Source of the DNA: Nibricoccus sp.
Lineage (GTDB): Bacteria; Verrucomicrobiota; Verrucomicrobiia; Opitutales; Opitutaceae
Length of the DNA: 64,000 nucleotides
Assembly (NCBI GenBank): GCA_047602425.1
Contig: JASGHG010000001.1
Span: forward strand, 1,568,001-1,632,000
Reading direction: 5' to 3'
The position numbers and the translations under genes are program-made. Shown in pieces: positions 30,269-40,913 of the stretch; the stretch's first letter is position 1, and each line of letters starts with the position of its first letter. The notes under the pieces are model-generated. The model ran no database searches and was not told where the DNA came from. It worked only from the letters and a program-made list of their open reading frames with translations.

Positions 30269-30375
30269 GTTTGTCATCTATTAAATGACAAACACCTCTG
30301 GTCCCAGCGGAAGGATTTTACTGCACAAAAAAATCCCCGGAACGTTTGTCATTTAATAGATGACAAACGTTCCGG
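30269..30375. repeat. Pair of 25-bp palindromes in inverted orientation (REPIN-like doublet)
   Basis: GTTTGTCATCTATTAAATGACAAAC (30269-30293) is the exact reverse complement of 30344-30368; the second extends to a 16-bp-arm palindrome at 30337-30375. Confidence 0.85.
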
Positions 30376-30425
30376 CCAAAACTTGCCGCGGCCACTCCAC
30401 GAGGGGCGAGAGTTCGTGGGTCGCT

Positions 30426-32690
30426 TTAGCTCAGGACGCCGCCTTTGCTGGCGTTGGCCACGAGCTTGCGGTAGCGGGCAAGCCAGCCGTTGAGTTCGCG
30501 CCGAACCGGTTGCCAGGTCTTACGACGCTCTTCGAGCACCGCTTTGTCGACGAGGATGTCGATGCGGCGGCCATTGAAATCGATGCGCAGGCGATCGCCT
30601 TCCTTGAGCAAACCGATCGGGCCGCCTTCCGCCGCTTCCGGCGAAACATGGCCAATGCAAGCGCCGGCCGTGCCGCCGCTGAAACGTCCGTCGGTGATCA
30701 GCGCAACTTTGTCACCCAAGCCCATACCGACAATGTAACTCGTGGGCGAAAGCATTTCCTGCATGCCCGGGCCGCCGCGCGGTCCTTCGTTGCGGATGAT
30801 CACGATGTCACCGGCTTTCACTTTGCCGGCTAGAATGCCGGCGCAGGCGTCGTCCTGGCTTTCGAAAATCACGGTCGGACCTTCGAAGACAAAATCGTCG
30901 CCGCAATTGGCTTTGAAGGCATCGCTGATTCCCGCGGTTTTCACGACCGAACCTTCAGGTGCAAGATCTCCGTAAAGAATCGAGAGGCCGCCGTCCTTCG
31001 TGTACGCGCGATCCGCCGAGCGGATACAATGCTGTGCGTCGAAGCGGAATGCCGGGTCGTGCGGCATGAGACCGGCCGGTTTCGCCACAGCAAAATTCTT
31101 CGGATCGTAGTCGTGCGCAGCGCGCGCGATCGTGCCAGCCGTGTGCAGGCGCGGCGCGCGGAGCAGACAGTGGATTTTTTTCTCACCGGTCTTTTCGTAC
31201 TGCCAGATGATGAGCGTCGGCGTGCCGCGCACTTCGGCGAGTTCGGCGCGGACGAGGCCACGGAACTCGACAAATTTCGGCTTGAGGCCCGCTTCGATTT
31301 CGAGCGCACCGTGCCAAGTGTTGGATGAGTCGACTTCGAGTTCGCCTTTCGTGCCGAACAAGGCGCCACAGGCAGCGGCGTCGCCGGCGTTGAAAGCTGC
31401 GGCAAAACGCCAGAGCGCAATCGCGCGATCGTCGGCGGGATGGAAGAGCATCGGCTTCGGGATCAAGTTGCCCGACGCAGTGCGTGCGGCCGGACCCATT
31501 TTGTCGTTCGGGTCGAGCACGAGCGCGGAAGCGCCGGAAACGCGCGTGATGCGCGCCTCGTCGGTGCAGGACGGCGAGCGGAGATCCCATGCGTCGATAT
31601 TTTCGCCCAACGTTTTACCCGTGACGGTCAGGCATTCGGTCTTGAGCGCGCCCATGCGTTTGAGTTCGCCAAGGATCGTGTGAATGCCACCGGCGCGATG
31701 AACGTCCTGAATATGATAGTCGGACGACGGCGAAACTTTGCAGAGGCACGGCACGCGACGCGAAATGCCATCGATGCGCGCGATATCGTACTCGATGCCG
31801 GCCTCGCGGGCGATGGCGAGCGTGTGGAGCACGGTGTTGGTCGAGCCGCCCATGGCGACGTCAAGCGCGAGCGCATTGTCGAACGCGTCAAGTGTGGCGA
31901 TATCGCGTGGTTTAAGATCGCGCTTCACGAGTTCCACGATCTGCTTCGCAGCGCGGCGGTAGAGTTGCTCACGTTCTTTCGAAACGGCGAGAATTGTACC
32001 GTTGCCAGGCAGCGCAAGGCCGAGCGCTTCGCAGAGGCAGTTCATGGAGTTGGCCGTGAACATACCTGAGCAAGAGCCGCAGGTCGGGCAGGCGCTTTGC
32101 TCCATTTTCAGGAGCTCTTCCGGCGTGATGTTGCCGGTTTGAAGCGCACCCACGCCTTTGAAAACCGTGATCAAATCGCTCTTTTGGTCCGCCGGTCGCA
32201 AATGTTCAGGCAGCTCGCTTGATGTATCCGTATGGGCAATACCAGCGGCCATCGGACCACCGGAAACGAAGACCGTTGGAATGTTCACCCGCAATGCGCC
32301 CATCATCATGCCCGGGACGATCTTGTCGCAGTTGGGAATGCAAACCATGCCGTCGAAACAATGGGCGCGCAGCATCGTCTCGACGCTGTCAGCAATCAGC
32401 TCGCGCGAAGGCAATGAGTACTTCATGCCCGAGTGACCCATGGCGATACCATCGTCGACGCCGATGGTATTGAAGATGAAAGGCACTCCACCCGCTTCGC
32501 GGACCAGACGTTTCACCAACTGCCCGATTTCGTTGAGATGCGCGTGACCGGGAATGCAGTCGATGTAACTGTTGCAGATGGCAATGAACGGCTTGTTAAA
32601 GTCCTCCTCGGATTCGATCACGCCGGTGGCGCGAAGCAAACTCCGGTGCGGAGCACGTTCAAAACCCTTCTTGATAGTGTCAGAGCGCAT
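30426..32690 (-). CDS. ilvD: Dihydroxy-acid dehydratase with large internal insertion
   Basis: 'VDDGIAMGH', 'NCDKIVPG', '[18 protein letters not shown]', 'GGSTN', '[12 protein letters not shown]', 'TDGRFSG'. Confidence 0.96.
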   Translation of the reverse strand: MRSDTIKKGFERAPHRSLLRATGVIESEEDFNKPFIAICNSYIDCIPGHAHLNEIGQLVKRLVREAGGVPFIFNTIGVDDGIAMGHSGMKYSLPSRELIADSVETMLRAHCFDGMVCIPNCDKIVPGMMMGALRVNIPTVFVSGGPMAAGIAHTDTSSELPEHLRPADQKSDLITVFKGVGALQTGNITPEELLKMEQSACPTCGSCSGMFTANSMNCLCEALGLALPGNGTILAVSKEREQLYRRAAKQIVELVKRDLKPRDIATLDAFDNALALDVAMGGSTNTVLHTLAIAREAGIEYDIARIDGISRRVPCLCKVSPSSDYHIQDVHRAGGIHTILGELKRMGALKTECLTVTGKTLGENIDAWDLRSPSCTDEARITRVSGASALVLDPNDKMGPAARTASGNLIPKPMLFHPADDRAIALWRFAAAFNAGDAAACGALFGTKGELEVDSSNTWHGALEIEAGLKPKFVEFRGLVRAELAEVRGTPTLIIWQYEKTGEKKIHCLLRAPRLHTAGTIARAAHDYDPKNFAVAKPAGLMPHDPAFRFDAQHCIRSADRAYTKDGGLSILYGDLAPEGSVVKTAGISDAFKANCGDDFVFEGPTVIFESQDDACAGILAGKVKAGDIVIIRNEGPRGGPGMQEMLSPTSYIVGMGLGDKVALITDGRFSGGTAGACIGHVSPEAAEGGPIGLLKEGDRLRIDFNGRRIDILVDKAVLEERRKTWQPVRRELNGWLARYRKLVANASKGGVLS

Positions 32691-32853
32691 GATGGTAAAA
32701 ATGGAAAAGGGAAGAACGTAGTAACTCCATCCACTTTTGCCACAACGGAAAATCAGAGCGTTTTTCGCCTTAACTTTTCCCGAATCGAGCGCATCAGGCG
32801 GATCATCTCCGTGCCTCTTCTTGTCCCGGCTTCAAAAATTGTCTGCCGAAGGA

Positions 32854-33465
32854 CTAATCCTTTTCGCGAGCACGTGCCATTATTTGTACAACCGCGGAAT
32901 GCCCCGAGTGGCTCGTGCCCTCGATCACCTCGCGCTCCAATTCGCGCGCAACGAGCAGCTCCAGACCGGTGAGTTCTTCGCGCAACGCGGACAAAGTCGG
33001 GAGCAATGCCACATCCTTCGGTCCGCCCGTGCCGAAAGCAAGTTGCGCGGGGGTGTACGCTTCCAAAATAAAAATTCCTCCCGGCGCAAGTCCGCGCACC
33101 GCCCCCGCGTATACACGTCGACGAAGCTCGGGCGGCAGATGACAGAAAATCGAAACGATGCCCGACCAGCGTCCCGGCGCGATTTTGTAGTTCGCCAAAT
33201 CCGCCACCTGCGTCGTCACGGTGACACCGCGCGTCTCCGCAAGACGGCGCGCCTTGGCGAGGCCAACCTCGGACTGATCGACCGCGGTAACAGAGTGCCC
33301 GAGAGTCGCCAAATGAACCGCATTTCGCCCTTCGCCCTCTCCAAGGCAAAGCACCGGACCCGCCGGAATCTTCCCGGCCATTTCCGCAAGGAAAAGGTTC
33401 GGCTCGGTACCAAAAACAAAACCTTCGTTCCCGGCGTAACGGTCATTCCAAAATGAAGCTTCCAT
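32854..33465 (-). CDS. Class I SAM-dependent methyltransferase (TehB-like)
   Basis: 'FWNDRY...FGTEPN', 'LCLGEGEGRNA', 'GTGGP'. Confidence 0.88.
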   Translation of the reverse strand: MEASFWNDRYAGNEGFVFGTEPNLFLAEMAGKIPAGPVLCLGEGEGRNAVHLATLGHSVTAVDQSEVGLAKARRLAETRGVTVTTQVADLANYKIAPGRWSGIVSIFCHLPPELRRRVYAGAVRGLAPGGIFILEAYTPAQLAFGTGGPKDVALLPTLSALREELTGLELLVARELEREVIEGTSHSGHSAVVQIMARAREKD

Positions 33466-33477
33466 CGCGGGCAAAGT

Positions 33478-33858
33478 TCAGGGTTTTCTCACGGGCAGGC
33501 CGGCGGATTGCCACGCCGCAAAAGCGCCGACATTTTCGGTCTTAAAACCTTCCTTCGCGAGAAACGACGCGACCTGGCCGGAGCGATTTCCCGAACGACA
33601 CATCAATAACAATGTCTTGTCCCGGTTTTTTTCGAGAAAGGGTTTCCATTGCGTGCGTGCGCCACGCAGATCGCTCATCGCAAGAAGCACCGCCGGCTCG
33701 GCCACGCCGGTTTCGGCCCATTCGTCCGCCTCGCGTACGTCGACGAGGAGGACATCGGGATTTTTCAAACGCGTAGCGATGGCCGCAGGTTCGGGAAAAC
33801 CAGCTCCGTAGGATGCAAGGGAAGTCATGATCAAAAACAAGAGAACTCGAAAAAACAT
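33478..33858 (-). CDS. Rhodanese-like domain protein (exported or membrane-anchored)
   Basis: 'LVDVREADEW', active-site loop 'CRSGNRS', N-terminal hydrophobic segment. Confidence 0.85.
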   Translation of the reverse strand: MFFRVLLFLIMTSLASYGAGFPEPAAIATRLKNPDVLLVDVREADEWAETGVAEPAVLLAMSDLRGARTQWKPFLEKNRDKTLLLMCRSGNRSGQVASFLAKEGFKTENVGAFAAWQSAGLPVRKP

Positions 33859-33875
33859 TTCCGCAATGTCGGTAG

Positions 33876-34271
33876 CTATTTGGTTGGCAGGCCGGCGGAT
33901 TGCCAACGGCGGTAACCACCCAGGTTGGCCACACGATAGCCTTCTTTCTTCAAGATGCCAGCCGCCGTGCCCGAACGCAGGCCTGACGCACAATACAGGA
34001 TAACAAGCTTATCTTTGTTCTGCAGGAGGTATGGTTTCCATTCGCGGCGCTCACCTTGCAGATCGCTCAGCGAGAGCAAGGCAGCTGGTGCCGCGGCACC
34101 ATTGGCCCATTCGGATGGTTCCAGTACATCGACCAGGATGGCGGAACCGGCGGCGATTTGCGCGGCGGCATCGCCTGGCGCGATGCGCGATCCACCCAGA
34201 ATGAGCGGGCGCAACAAGAAGAAGGCACTCGCGACAAGGAGGCTGTAGAAGAAAATTTGTCCGATGGTCAT
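33876..34271 (-). CDS. Rhodanese-like domain protein with N-terminal TM anchor
   Basis: '[10 protein letters not shown]', 'YCASGLRS'; ATGA overlap with the RND gene. Confidence 0.85.
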   Translation of the reverse strand: MTIGQIFFYSLLVASAFFLLRPLILGGSRIAPGDAAAQIAAGSAILVDVLEPSEWANGAAAPAALLSLSDLQGERREWKPYLLQNKDKLVILYCASGLRSGTAAGILKKEGYRVANLGGYRRWQSAGLPTK

Positions 34272-37200
34272 GAAAGCGGTCCGGTTTTGGAATGGTTTTG
34301 ATTGGCCATGAAATACAGCACGGGCACGGCCATGCGACTGATGAAAAGCGAAGCGATTTCGCCAAACATCAGACTGATCGCAAGACCCTGAAAAATGGGA
34401 TCGGCCAGAATCACGCTCGCGCCCACCACGACAGCGAGGGCGGTGAGCAGCATGGGACGAAATCGCACCGCACCAGCTTCGACCACGGCTTCGCGCAGCG
34501 GCAGGCCGTGCGCGCGGCGCAACTCGATGAAATCGACGAGAATGATGGAATTTCTCACGACAATGCCCGCACCGGCCATAAAACCGATCATTGAGGTCGC
34601 GGTGAAAAAAGCACCCATCGCCCAATGAGCCGGCAAAATTCCAATCAACGAAAACGGTATCGCCGCCATCACTACAAGCGGTGTCACGTAACTCCGGAAC
34701 CAACCAACCATGAGCATGGCAATGAGCACGAGCACCACGGCGAACGCGAGGCCGAGGTCGCGGAAAACTTCGAGCGTGATGTGCCATTCGCCGTCCCATT
34801 TCATCGCAGGCTCCGTGCTGTTGAAGGGCAGCGTGAAATTGAGCACGTTCAGTTTCGCATCGATGCCGCCGAATTCGCGCGCATCGATCTTCGCGATTTC
34901 ACGGTTCATCGAGAAAAGCGCGTAGGCCGGACTTTCAACCATACCCGCGACATCTGCCGTGACGTAGGTGACGGGCTTCAGGTTTTTGCGGTACAGATTG
35001 CGCTCGCCCGTGGTGCGTTCGATCCGGACGAGTTCGCTCAATGGAAGAGAAGGCGCAGAAGCATCGCGTTCGGAACGCACGCGCAACATCAGCAACGACT
35101 CGGGTTGCGAGCGGGCGGAAGCGGGCAACTCGAAAACGATATTCACATCCTCGCGCTCGCCGGGCAAGTGCAGCAAATCGACCGGCGTGCCTTGCGCGCC
35201 GAGTTGCAAGGTCTGTGCGATCGCTGCGGCGTTGATGCCGTGCAGCGCTGCCTTTTCCTTATCGACTACGTAACGGACTTTCGACTGCTCAGCTTCGACA
35301 TACCAGTCGACATCGACCACGCCGGTGGATTTTTCCATGATATCGCGAATTTTTTTCGCGAGCTTAAGCCGCATCGCTTCGCTTGGACCGTAGATTTCTG
35401 CGACAAGCGTCTGTAACACGGGTGGACCGGGAGGAACTTCGGCCACGGCCACCGAAGCGCCGTATTTCGCCGCAATCGCAGCCACCCGCGGCCGAATGCG
35501 TTTCGCGATCGCATGGCTCTGTTCGGAACGGTCGGCTTTGCCCATGAGATTCACCTGGATGTCGGCGACATTCGGACCGCGACGCATGAAATAATGCCGA
35601 ACTAATCCATTGAAGTTAAACGGAGATGCAGTGCCGGCGTAGATCTGATAGTCGCGGACCTCCGGTTCCGTGCGAATCGCCGCCGCCATTTCTGACGCAA
35701 TGCGCGCGGTCTGCTCCAAAGTCGTTCCTTCCTCGGTATTCAGGATGATCTGAAACTCCGATTTATTATCGAACGGCAGCATCTTGACCTTCACCGCACC
35801 CAAACCGACCAAGCCTATCGCACCCAACAAAAGAAAAACAATGATCCCCAAGAATGCCCAACGCCACCCCGCACGCGTGAGCAACGGATCCATGACCTTG
35901 TGATAAAGCCGTGTCGACCAATCATCCGTAGCATGGCCCTGGTCCTCAGAACCTTTGTCACGTATTACGTGACAACCGTTTTTCTCCTTAACGTCTTGAA
36001 TAAAGACGCCGGTGCGACGTTTTAAAATGCGAATTGCAGCCCAAGGGGTGATCGTAAAAGCAATGCCCAGCGAGAATAACATCGCCGCAGTCGAACCAAT
36101 TGGTATCGGCCGCATATAAGGGCCCATCAGTCCGCCAACAAAGGCCATTGGCAGGATCGCCGCGATCACTGCCCACGTCGCTAGAATCGCGGGATTTCCC
36201 ACCTCATCGACCGCGTCCAACGCGATCTGATTGAGCGGCTTTTTTTCGTTACCCGGCAGGCGCACGTGGCGGACGATGTTTTCCACCACCACGATTGCAT
36301 CGTCCACCAGAATGCCGATGGAAAAAATCAGCGCAAAAAGCGTGATGCGATTGAGCGTGTAACCATAGAGATAAAAAACGAGCAATGTCAGCGCGAGCGT
36401 CGATGGAATGGCGATCAAGACGACCAACGATTCGCGCCAACCGAGAAAAATCAGGATCAGCAATGCCACGCCAAACACCGCGATGCCCATATGTAGGAGG
36501 AGTTCGTTGCTCTTTTCGGCGGCGGTGTGACCGTAGTCGCGCGTGATCGACACCTCGACGCCAGCCGGCAATAACGAACCACGCAACGTATCTACTTTTT
36601 TCAACACGTTATTGACGACGTCGATGGCGTTGGCGCCCGGCCGTTTTGCGAGGCTGATCGTAACCGCCGCCTCGGTGTTCGCCGGCCCATATACGACCCG
36701 ATCTTGTGTCGGTGCCGCTTCGACTCCGCGAATCGGCATGCCCGGAGCGGACGCAAGGTCCTTCTCTGAGCCGACACCGCGACCGTGCAAGACGTAGTCA
36801 GTCGGTTCGGCGGCTCCGTCGACGATTGTCGCCACGTCGCGCAGATAAACCGGCAAATCCTTGAACACACCGATCACGACCGCACCGGCATCCGCGCCAT
36901 CGCGCAGAAACGAGCCGATTTCGAGCAGCGTCTCGCTATTGGCGAAAGGCTGGGAACCGGCCTGCACCTGACGGTTGGCCGCTTGTAGATAAGGAATAAT
37001 TTGGGTTGGTGTAAGCGAGCGCGCCGCGAGCGCAGCCGGATCGAACTGCACGCGCACGGTACGACGTACCCCACCGATCAAGTTCGTTTCTGCGACCTGT
37101 GGGACGGATTTGATTTCGTCGTCCACCTGCGCTGCAAAACGCCGAAGGGCAAGATGATCGTACTTCGCACTGTGCAATGTGAGCGCAAGCACCGGCACAT

Positions 37201-37630
37201 CGTCGATCGAACGCGGTTTGATCATCGGAAAACTTACGCCCGACGGGATGCGGTCGAAATTTGTCTGTAGCTTCTGGTTTAACCGGACTAATGCGCCCTC
37301 TAGATCTGTTCCGACCTTGTAACGCACAATCACCAGGCTGCCGCCCGGGCTCGACGTGGAAAAAAGATATTCAACGCCGGGGATTTCCCACAGGAGTTTC
37401 TCCATCGGCCGTGTAACTCGATTTTCCACCTCGGCTGCGGTGGCGCCGGGCATCGACACGAACACGTCGACCATTGGAACCTTGATTTGCGGTTCCTCTT
37501 CACGCGGCAGCATGAGCACCGCAAAAAGTCCCATCAAAATCGATGCGGCGATAACGATCAGCGTGAGTTTTGAATCGATAAAAAACGCCGCGAGCCGTCC
37601 GGCCATTCCATATTTCCCAGGCTCGCTCAT
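34268..37630 (-). CDS. RND efflux permease (AcrB/CzcA superfamily)
   Basis: 'PREEEPQI', '[13 protein letters not shown]', 'RFRPMLLT'; 1120 aa. Confidence 0.95.
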   Translation of the reverse strand: MSEPGKYGMAGRLAAFFIDSKLTLIVIAASILMGLFAVLMLPREEEPQIKVPMVDVFVSMPGATAAEVENRVTRPMEKLLWEIPGVEYLFSTSSPGGSLVIVRYKVGTDLEGALVRLNQKLQTNFDRIPSGVSFPMIKPRSIDDVPVLALTLHSAKYDHLALRRFAAQVDDEIKSVPQVAETNLIGGVRRTVRVQFDPAALAARSLTPTQIIPYLQAANRQVQAGSQPFANSETLLEIGSFLRDGADAGAVVIGVFKDLPVYLRDVATIVDGAAEPTDYVLHGRGVGSEKDLASAPGMPIRGVEAAPTQDRVVYGPANTEAAVTISLAKRPGANAIDVVNNVLKKVDTLRGSLLPAGVEVSITRDYGHTAAEKSNELLLHMGIAVFGVALLILIFLGWRESLVVLIAIPSTLALTLLVFYLYGYTLNRITLFALIFSIGILVDDAIVVVENIVRHVRLPGNEKKPLNQIALDAVDEVGNPAILATWAVIAAILPMAFVGGLMGPYMRPIPIGSTAAMLFSLGIAFTITPWAAIRILKRRTGVFIQDVKEKNGCHVIRDKGSEDQGHATDDWSTRLYHKVMDPLLTRAGWRWAFLGIIVFLLLGAIGLVGLGAVKVKMLPFDNKSEFQIILNTEEGTTLEQTARIASEMAAAIRTEPEVRDYQIYAGTASPFNFNGLVRHYFMRRGPNVADIQVNLMGKADRSEQSHAIAKRIRPRVAAIAAKYGASVAVAEVPPGPPVLQTLVAEIYGPSEAMRLKLAKKIRDIMEKSTGVVDVDWYVEAEQSKVRYVVDKEKAALHGINAAAIAQTLQLGAQGTPVDLLHLPGEREDVNIVFELPASARSQPESLLMLRVRSERDASAPSLPLSELVRIERTTGERNLYRKNLKPVTYVTADVAGMVESPAYALFSMNREIAKIDAREFGGIDAKLNVLNFTLPFNSTEPAMKWDGEWHITLEVFRDLGLAFAVVLVLIAMLMVGWFRSYVTPLVVMAAIPFSLIGILPAHWAMGAFFTATSMIGFMAGAGIVVRNSIILVDFIELRRAHGLPLREAVVEAGAVRFRPMLLTALAVVVGASVILADPIFQGLAISLMFGEIASLFISRMAVPVLYFMANQNHSKTGPLS

Positions 37631-38646
37631 GGCTGCACCCCCACGGGCTGGCCATCACGCAACATGGCAGCAGGCGCCGCAACGATCCTCTCGCCCGCAT
37701 CGAGACCAGCGAGAACAACGGCTTTTCCGTCGACACGTGTCCCGATTTTTACGAGCCGCAAGCTCAGCTTGCCATCGGAAATCACAAACACCCGCTCCAT
37801 CTGCCCGAACATACTCACGGAGCCAACCGGAATGCGGAGTTTCTTCACTGCGGGACCGGAGAACCTTACGCGTACAAACTGTCCGGACGAAACCTGTGCT
37901 TCTGCGTCGAGATGCAGCTTAACCAGCACCGAACGCGAAGCCACGTCCGCTCCGGCGGCAATTTCCGCCACAGACGCTTTCGCCCATCCTGCCTGCAACT
38001 CGACAGGCAGTTCGTCGCCTAGTTTCACGTTGGCGACGAATGTTTCTGGCACTGCCACCTCGACTTCGAAGCGACCCTCACCTTCCAATGTGAGCAATGC
38101 CTGGCCGGGCAGCGCCAGATCACCCGGATATGCCTGGCGCGCGGCGACACGAGCGTCGAACGGCGCATGGATTTCCGTGTAAGAAAGCATGGCTTCGGCT
38201 TCAGCCAGTGCGGCTTTGGCGGATTGAACTTGTTCGGCACCGCGGCGCACTGCCTCATCGGTGCCGGCTCCGCTCGCAGAAAGCGATTTATCGCGGGCAA
38301 GTTCGCGTTCCGCCTGTTCGAGCTGCGTGCGGGCACGGGAAAATTGCGCCGCATATTCGGGTGCGGAGAGTCGCACAAGCGTCTCGCCCCGTTTTACCCG
38401 CTGTCCGAGACCCCAAGGCAGTTCGCTGATGGTGCCGGAAATTTTGGCTGAAATCACTGCGCGATCGATCGCGCGAACCGTGCCTGGCAACGCGACCGAC
38501 TCCGACTCCTCAACCTGTTCGACCACCGCCGCCGTCACTCGCACCGGCGGACCGGAGGGAGCAGTCGATTTCGCAGCACGACCGCAGCCAGCTAAAAGGC
38601 CTAAAACCAAAAGCATCGCCGGTGACAGGAACTTTGAACCGTTCAT
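37627..38646 (-). CDS. RND membrane-fusion (periplasmic adaptor) lipoprotein
   Basis: Lipobox 'LLAGC', '[13 protein letters not shown]', 'IHAPFD'. Confidence 0.92.
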   Translation of the reverse strand: MNGSKFLSPAMLLVLGLLAGCGRAAKSTAPSGPPVRVTAAVVEQVEESESVALPGTVRAIDRAVISAKISGTISELPWGLGQRVKRGETLVRLSAPEYAAQFSRARTQLEQAERELARDKSLSASGAGTDEAVRRGAEQVQSAKAALAEAEAMLSYTEIHAPFDARVAARQAYPGDLALPGQALLTLEGEGRFEVEVAVPETFVANVKLGDELPVELQAGWAKASVAEIAAGADVASRSVLVKLHLDAEAQVSSGQFVRVRFSGPAVKKLRIPVGSVSMFGQMERVFVISDGKLSLRLVKIGTRVDGKAVVLAGLDAGERIVAAPAAMLRDGQPVGVQP

Positions 38647-38684
38647 CGTGTGATCGAGTTTGAAATTTTCCACGAAACACCGGT

Positions 38685-38915
38685 TCACGCCTGCTTGTGG
38701 CCGTGGCTATTGCAACACGCGCCCTCGCCTTTGGTCAGACCGAGCTTTCGGAAGAGGATTTCCGGCGGACAAAAGCCGGTGAAGGCGGATTGGATCAAGT
38801 TGATCGCGGCAAACACGGCCAGCAACAGCCACCACTCACTCACAAAGTGAGCGAGCGTGACGCTGGTCAGAACCACGGAGCCAGCAAGAATGCGGATAAG
38901 GGATTCAGTCTTCAT
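38685..38915 (-). CDS. DUF2892 (YgaP-like) membrane protein
   Basis: 'IRILAGSVVL', 'NLIQSAFTGFCP'. Confidence 0.88.
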   Translation of the reverse strand: MKTESLIRILAGSVVLTSVTLAHFVSEWWLLLAVFAAINLIQSAFTGFCPPEILFRKLGLTKGEGACCNSHGHKQA

Positions 38916-38934
38916 GAGCGGATTAAAGATTATT

Positions 38935-38972
38935 TATATGAGCATATACTCATATACTTGATATTATGTCAA
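38935..38972 (-). promoter_or_regulatory. Palindromic operator and -35 box between DUF2892 and the ArsR regulator
   Basis: TATATGAG-N6-CTCATATA (38935-38956); perfect TTGACA on the minus strand at 38967-38972. Confidence 0.7.
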
Positions 38973-38992
38973 GCTCCTGCTTTCTTTCCGGC

Positions 38993-39337
38993 ATGGCCAA
39001 AGCCCAAAAAATTCGCCCGATGACCGACGAAGCCCTCACATTGGTGGCCCGCCGTTTTGCGGTGTTGAGCGAGCCCATGCGCCTGCGGCTGCTGCACGCG
39101 CTCTTTGACGGCGAAAAACCGGTTAACACTCTCGTTGAAGCCACGGGCGGCACGCAGGCCAACGTTTCACGCCACCTGCAAACGCTCACCGACTCCGGCC
39201 TGCTCACGCGCCGTAAAGAAGGTCTGCAAGTCTTCTACGCCATCGCGGATCCGTCGATTTTCCAGCTCTGCGAACTCGTCTGCGGCAGTCTCGAAAAGCA
39301 GCACGCCGCCCGGGCGGAGATGTTGGGTTCTAGATAA
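38993..39337 (+). CDS. ArsR/SmtB-family transcriptional regulator
   Basis: 'FAVLSEPMRLRLL', 'QANVSRHL', 'RRKEGLQVFY', C-terminal 'CELVC'. Confidence 0.92.
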   Translation: MAKAQKIRPMTDEALTLVARRFAVLSEPMRLRLLHALFDGEKPVNTLVEATGGTQANVSRHLQTLTDSGLLTRRKEGLQVFYAIADPSIFQLCELVCGSLEKQHAARAEMLGSR

Positions 39338-39431
39338 TGCCCAAAGTGAAACGCGCCGGTACAAGGCGCAATTGCGCGGCAACCGGTGTGACAAGCGTGG
39401 GCTTGGCGTTCTTGCGCTAGCACCTCACCGG

Positions 39432-40112
39432 TTATGCTCGTTTTGGGATGAGCTCACTACGATCAGGATCAATAATCGGAAAGAGCCCAGATTGTGCGTG
39501 TGTCTGAAGCAGCGCCGGACCACCAATCTCTCGCGCAAAAGCCGCCTCTAAATCTGTAACGGCTGCAAGGTGGAAAAACTCAAAACGTCCCGATTCAAGC
39601 TGAACGGAGTCAGGCGTTCCGACCGCTGGCGCAAGAATCAAAAAGGTAAGCTTCGAGTCTCCGACAAGCGGCGCTTTAAGAGGTATGCGATCGTAAACTG
39701 ACAACGTCTCGCGACCGGCGTAACGCCCATGAGCCAACAAAATCTGAAATGCCATTACGTGCAGTAGCCGAAGAATTGCCCACTGTGATTCTGCCACGGT
39801 CTCGAGGATGAATTCACATCCAAGCCCAGAAAAACCCTTCGGGTCGGGCAGGTCAGAATCCCAATCGTTCGACATGCCAGAGGTGACATATAGCCAAGAC
39901 CGCCGTGCCGCGGTCGGTGCAAACTGGAAAACACCATAGTGCAACCAGCGTGGATCAATCGACTCTTGTTTGAAGGTGTCAGCGAGTATCTCGGCATTGA
40001 GAGAATAGATTCCTTTGCTCTCGCGGCCAAACAGTGACGGATAAACTTCTTCTTCTCGGTACGCCCAAACACGCTCGAACCACCCATGCTCTGTGTTGTT
40101 CGCTGCACTCAT
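39432..40112 (-). CDS. Suppressor-of-fused (SUFU) domain protein, putative immunity protein
   Basis: 'WLYVTSGMS', 'GFSGLGCEFIL', 'LESGRFEFFHLAAVTDLE'. Confidence 0.75.
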   Translation of the reverse strand: MSAANNTEHGWFERVWAYREEEVYPSLFGRESKGIYSLNAEILADTFKQESIDPRWLHYGVFQFAPTAARRSWLYVTSGMSNDWDSDLPDPKGFSGLGCEFILETVAESQWAILRLLHVMAFQILLAHGRYAGRETLSVYDRIPLKAPLVGDSKLTFLILAPAVGTPDSVQLESGRFEFFHLAAVTDLEAAFAREIGGPALLQTHAQSGLFPIIDPDRSELIPKRA

Positions 40113-40123
40113 TTCACCCCAAG

Positions 40124-40729
40124 CTACTTCGCCAAATCGTACAGTGCGTAGCCTGCGAAGAGATTGGGGCGAAACGCGCACGGCGTTTTCCAGTCGCCAC
40201 TGAGCAATGCGCGGCGGACGGCGCGGATCTTTTTCGTAGCGAGAAAATGTTCGAAATCCGCAATGCTCGCCGGATTCGACGGACGACTTTCGAACCACTC
40301 GGTCGTATACACGGCGTTGCGCGGCTTTCGCCCATGCAGCAGCGCCGCGAGTCGGTTTTTCCAATAACCGTGGTTCACGAAACCGACGGTGACGGATTTC
40401 GCCACGCGGAGGGCTTCGTCGATGACCGCCGCCGGATTTTCGACTTCTTCGAGCGTGCGCGAACAGATCACGCGATCGAAATGCCCGGCGGGAAACGATC
40501 GCATAAACGCGAGCATGTCACCCTGGTAGGCAGTGACGCCACGGCGCACGCAAGCGGAGATTTTTTCAAACTGCATGTCCACGCCCACCGCGTAGACGTC
40601 CTTCGTTTGCACGAGCGATTCGAGCAAAACACCACGGCCGCAACCGAGATCGAGCACACGCGACTTGGGTTCGACCCAGTCCGCGATGATCTGCATGTCG
40701 ACGGTGCGTTTGACGGCGGTTTTCTGCAT
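40124..40729 (-). CDS. metW: Methionine biosynthesis protein MetW-like methyltransferase
   Basis: 'DMQIIADWVEPKSRVLDLGCGRG', 'FVNHGYWKNR', 'PNLFAGYALY'. Confidence 0.85.
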   Translation of the reverse strand: MQKTAVKRTVDMQIIADWVEPKSRVLDLGCGRGVLLESLVQTKDVYAVGVDMQFEKISACVRRGVTAYQGDMLAFMRSFPAGHFDRVICSRTLEEVENPAAVIDEALRVAKSVTVGFVNHGYWKNRLAALLHGRKPRNAVYTTEWFESRPSNPASIADFEHFLATKKIRAVRRALLSGDWKTPCAFRPNLFAGYALYDLAK

Positions 40730-40913
40730 GGTTGGACGCGGCCATTGACATTCAAGCCGCCAGCCGGGTCAAGCGCAGGCAGGATTTTGGAGGCCATAAG
40801 CTGGTTCACTTTACACTGACTGTACGGAAGATTTGGGGAAAATTTGCTTTCTGCCATCCCGACAACCTATACAAAAGCCCGACCGGTTCCTCCGGTAACA
40901 ACCCCTGTCCATC

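Noticed and set aside
30269..30368. Rex or FNR box upstream of cydAB
   Set aside because: Half-site sequence and spacing do not fit either consensus, and a related copy lies between convergent genes.
31041..31580. Intein in ilvD
   Set aside because: No convincing N-terminal C/S block, C-terminal HN-C/S/T or LAGLIDADG motifs.
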